A DNA stretch of 1,292 nt from a phage. This document shows, one piece after another, positions 1-1,292 of this stretch. Position 1 is the first letter of the stretch, and every line of letters begins with the position of its first letter. A model generated the notes under the pieces. It saw nothing but the letters and a program-made list of their open reading frames with translations. It ran no database searches and was not told the DNA's origin. The position numbers were made by a program, and so were the translations under genes. The stretch lies in sequence record OR846086.1. The stretch is one strand, 5' to 3'.

Positions 1-29
1 GCAACTCTGCACGCCTGGAGTACAAACCC

Positions 30-359
30 ATGACCGACGCCATCAAACATGAGCGAGAGGCTCAGGGTAAGCAGATCGCCCCGCATCACTTCAGCAACGA
101 AGCTGACCTGATTAACCGACTGGCGCTGGGAATGACGGCGGCCAAGTTCCGCGTGCATCACGAAATCGGGAAGAAAGAGCCGATCCGCGATTACCTGACG
201 CCGGAACAAATTCACTGCATCACCGAGCTACAGCGTGCCAACACGGTATTCATCAGCATGGGGTGGGACTTCGAACAACGCAAAGAAGTGCTGCGCGGCA
301 TGTTCGAACGTAATCATCGTCAGCCCCTTATCGAAGAACAGCACCGTCTGGCGGCCTAA
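30..359 (+). CDS. Hypothetical His-rich protein, 109 aa as called; may be the C-terminal part of a longer ORF because the frame has no stop between position 3 and the ATG at 30
   Basis: ATG at 30 with GGAG (17..20) 9 nt upstream; TAA stop at 357..359; codon usage strongly G/C-ending (my hand count about 73 of 107 codons, GC3 roughly 68%), with Ala mostly GCC/GCG and Leu mostly CTG. Eight His in 109 aa, including two HH pairs. No homolog recognised from memory. Confidence 0.72.
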   Translation: MTDAIKHEREAQGKQIAPHHFSNEADLINRLALGMTAAKFRVHHEIGKKEPIRDYLTPEQIHCITELQRANTVFISMGWDFEQRKEVLRGMFERNHRQPLIEEQHRLAA

Positions 360-376
360 GCTACGGAAATAGCTTC

Positions 377-401
377 GAGAGCCACTTTCACAACGGCTCT
401 C
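377..401 (+). other. GC-rich stem-loop GAGAGCC-(11 nt)-GGCTCTC, 18 nt downstream of the ORF1 stop; possible transcript 3'-end or stability element, not a canonical intrinsic terminator
   Basis: Perfect 7-bp inverted repeat (377..383 and 395..401) with 5 of 7 G:C pairs; the downstream sequence is CATTACAAAG, so there is no U-tract. Confidence 0.2.
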
Positions 402-492
402 CATTACAAAGCCTATCTACGGGCGGGCTTGATAATGAAACCGTGATTTACATCCCTACAATACGGGTATGTAAAAGATAGTTCAGGCGAGA

Positions 493-512
493 ACAGATTT
501 AACTAAATCTGT
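493..512. promoter_or_regulatory. 20-bp palindrome ACAGATTTA-ac-TAAATCTGT with perfect 9-bp arms; candidate operator for a dimeric DNA-binding protein, or an RNA hairpin (8-bp stem, 4-nt loop)
   Basis: Read directly from the sequence: the reverse complement of 493..501 equals 504..512 exactly. It sits in the non-coding spacer, about 135 bp after the ORF1 stop and about 210 bp before the ORF2 start. Confidence 0.3.
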
Positions 513-719
513 GTACCACCAGTTATGGCAGTACCGCGAAACAGCCCAAGCCAGTAAGTGGGGAAAATAACACTGGCAGCCACTGAAAGATGAACCTCCT
601 GCCTTATGGCAAAAAAGATTCTTTGTGGTGGCGGACTGATGGAAAGACATCGGTTATTGCAGAGGCCATTCAATGAGTGGTCTAGACAATGGCTTATCCC
701 AACAACCGGAGCCAACACA

Positions 720-962
720 ATGGCAGAGATTACAGCATTGACAGAATTACAGCAGATGAACCTCGATATCCTCCGTTTAGTTCAAAGCGATACCGCAGCA
801 GCAGAGAAAGCGATCGCATTCGTTGCTGGAAGTAAGCTGAACTTCGAACTGTTCAAAGACCAACTGGTTTTGGCGCAGGGTGAAGGAACGGCATTAGCTC
901 GCGCAGAAAAGGCTATTCGTGAGGCAAAAGAAGCGTTAGACCTGTTCACCGCCGGAGTATAA
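720..962 (+). CDS. Small hypothetical protein, 80 aa, Ala/Leu/Glu/Lys-rich and probably all alpha-helical; start reassigned from 606 to 720
   Basis: ATG at 720 is preceded by GGAG (708..711) with an 8-nt spacer; TAA stop at 960..962. The 606..719 extension in the ORF track has no Shine-Dalgarno (the sequence upstream is CCTCCT) and is packed with rare codons (AGA, AGG, CGG, TTA, TTG, CTT, TGT, GGA), unlike the body of the ORF. Confidence 0.68.
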   Translation: MAEITALTELQQMNLDILRLVQSDTAAAEKAIAFVAGSKLNFELFKDQLVLAQGEGTALARAEKAIREAKEALDLFTAGV

Positions 963-964
963 TC

Positions 965-1292
965 ATGGCAAATCCAAATTTCACGCCATCATGGCCTCTC
1001 TACAAAGATGCTGACGGTGTATATGTGTCTGCTCTTCCGATTAAAGCTATCAAATACGCTAATGACGGAAGTGCAAACGCAGAATTCGACGGCCCGTATG
1101 CTGACCAGTACATGTCAGCGCAAACAGTAGCCGTATTCAAGCCAGAGGTTGGCGGATATCTGTTCCGGAGCCAGTACGGCGAGCTGCTCTATATGAGCAA
1201 GACAGCATTTGAAGCTAAGTACACTTCCGCAAGCGGTTCAGTAACGAATGCAGAGACGGCGGATAAGTTATCTACTGCTCGCACTATCACAC
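965..1292 (+). CDS. Hypothetical protein, N-terminal 109 codons only (3' partial, continues past the window end); Tyr/Ala/Ser/Thr/Gly-rich, no signal peptide
   Basis: ATG at 965 with GGAG (954..957) 7 nt upstream, lying inside the 3' end of the preceding ORF; only 2 nt separate the upstream TAA from this ATG, indicating translational coupling. Open frame to the window end; codon style matches ORF2 (GC3 roughly 46% by hand count). Nine Tyr in 109 aa. Confidence 0.72.
   Translation, partial: MANPNFTPSWPLYKDADGVYVSALPIKAIKYANDGSANAEFDGPYADQYMSAQTVAVFKPEVGGYLFRSQYGELLYMSKTAFEAKYTSASGSVTNAETADKLSTARTIT

Noticed and set aside
435-446. Mini-ORF ATG-AAA-CCG-TGA (and an ATG-TAA start-stop at 469..474) as possible leader peptides
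   Set aside because: Too short, with no adjacent attenuator-like terminator or alternative hairpin structure; likely coincidental.
361-468. Short direct repeats CTACGG / TACGGG (361..366, 418..423, 463..468) as possible iterons
   Set aside because: Only 6 bp each with irregular spacing; hexamer repeats of this kind are expected by chance in a spacer of this length.
516-523. Chi-like site on the minus strand (CCACCAGT versus the CCACCAGC complement of GCTGGTGG)
   Set aside because: One mismatch to the canonical octamer; Chi activity requires the exact sequence, and a single near-match is expected by chance.
573-589. Sigma54-like TGGCAG element
   Set aside because: TGGCAG is present, but the required GC (TTGC) of the -12 element is absent at the correct spacing (the sequence is TGGCAGCCACTGAAAG).
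601-614. Small hairpin TGCC-TTAT-GGCA followed by an A-run, considered as a terminator
   Set aside because: The stem is only 4 bp and it is followed by A residues, not T, on the + strand; on the - strand the T-run precedes the hairpin. It does not fit an intrinsic terminator in either orientation.
503-718. Minus-strand ORF of 71 aa from the six-frame track
   Set aside because: Starts with GTG (plus-strand CAC at 716..718), has no SD, and lies almost entirely in the spacer and the dubious 606..719 region; it has an odd Cys/Pro-rich composition and there is stronger evidence for the + strand gene starting at 720. Most likely a chance ORF.
606-719. N-terminal 38 codons of the 606..962 ORF as called in the track
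   Set aside because: No ribosome-binding site, a rare-codon cluster, and a strong internal SD and ATG at 708..722; treated as 5' leader rather than coding.
360-719. tRNA or tmRNA gene, or CRISPR repeats, in the spacer
   Set aside because: No cloverleaf-compatible arrangement (no GTTCRANNC T-loop with a matching acceptor stem and CCA context) and no regularly spaced direct repeats were seen.

Overview
The window holds three same-strand (+) protein-coding ORFs and an unusually long non-coding spacer; I could not recognise any of the proteins from memory, so products are left as hypothetical. ORF1 (30..359, 109 aa, His-rich) has strongly GC3-rich codon usage and may be the C-terminal end of a longer gene, because its frame is open to the left edge. 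A ~360 bp spacer (360..719) follows, with no credible ORF but several dyad symmetries, the strongest being a 20-bp palindrome with perfect 9-bp arms at 493..512. Downstream, a small Ala/Leu/Glu-rich protein (most likely 720..962, 80 aa, rather than the 606 start in the ORF track) is translationally coupled to a Tyr/Ala/Ser-rich ORF (965..>1292) that runs off the window. ORF2 and ORF3 share a lower-GC3 codon style distinct from ORF1, so the spacer looks like a module junction. No rRNA, tRNA, CRISPR array or mobile-element end is visible. I cannot name a defined system here; the most defensible candidate is the regulated two-gene unit (palindrome-bearing spacer, small helical protein, larger partner), which needs homology and structure searches to classify.
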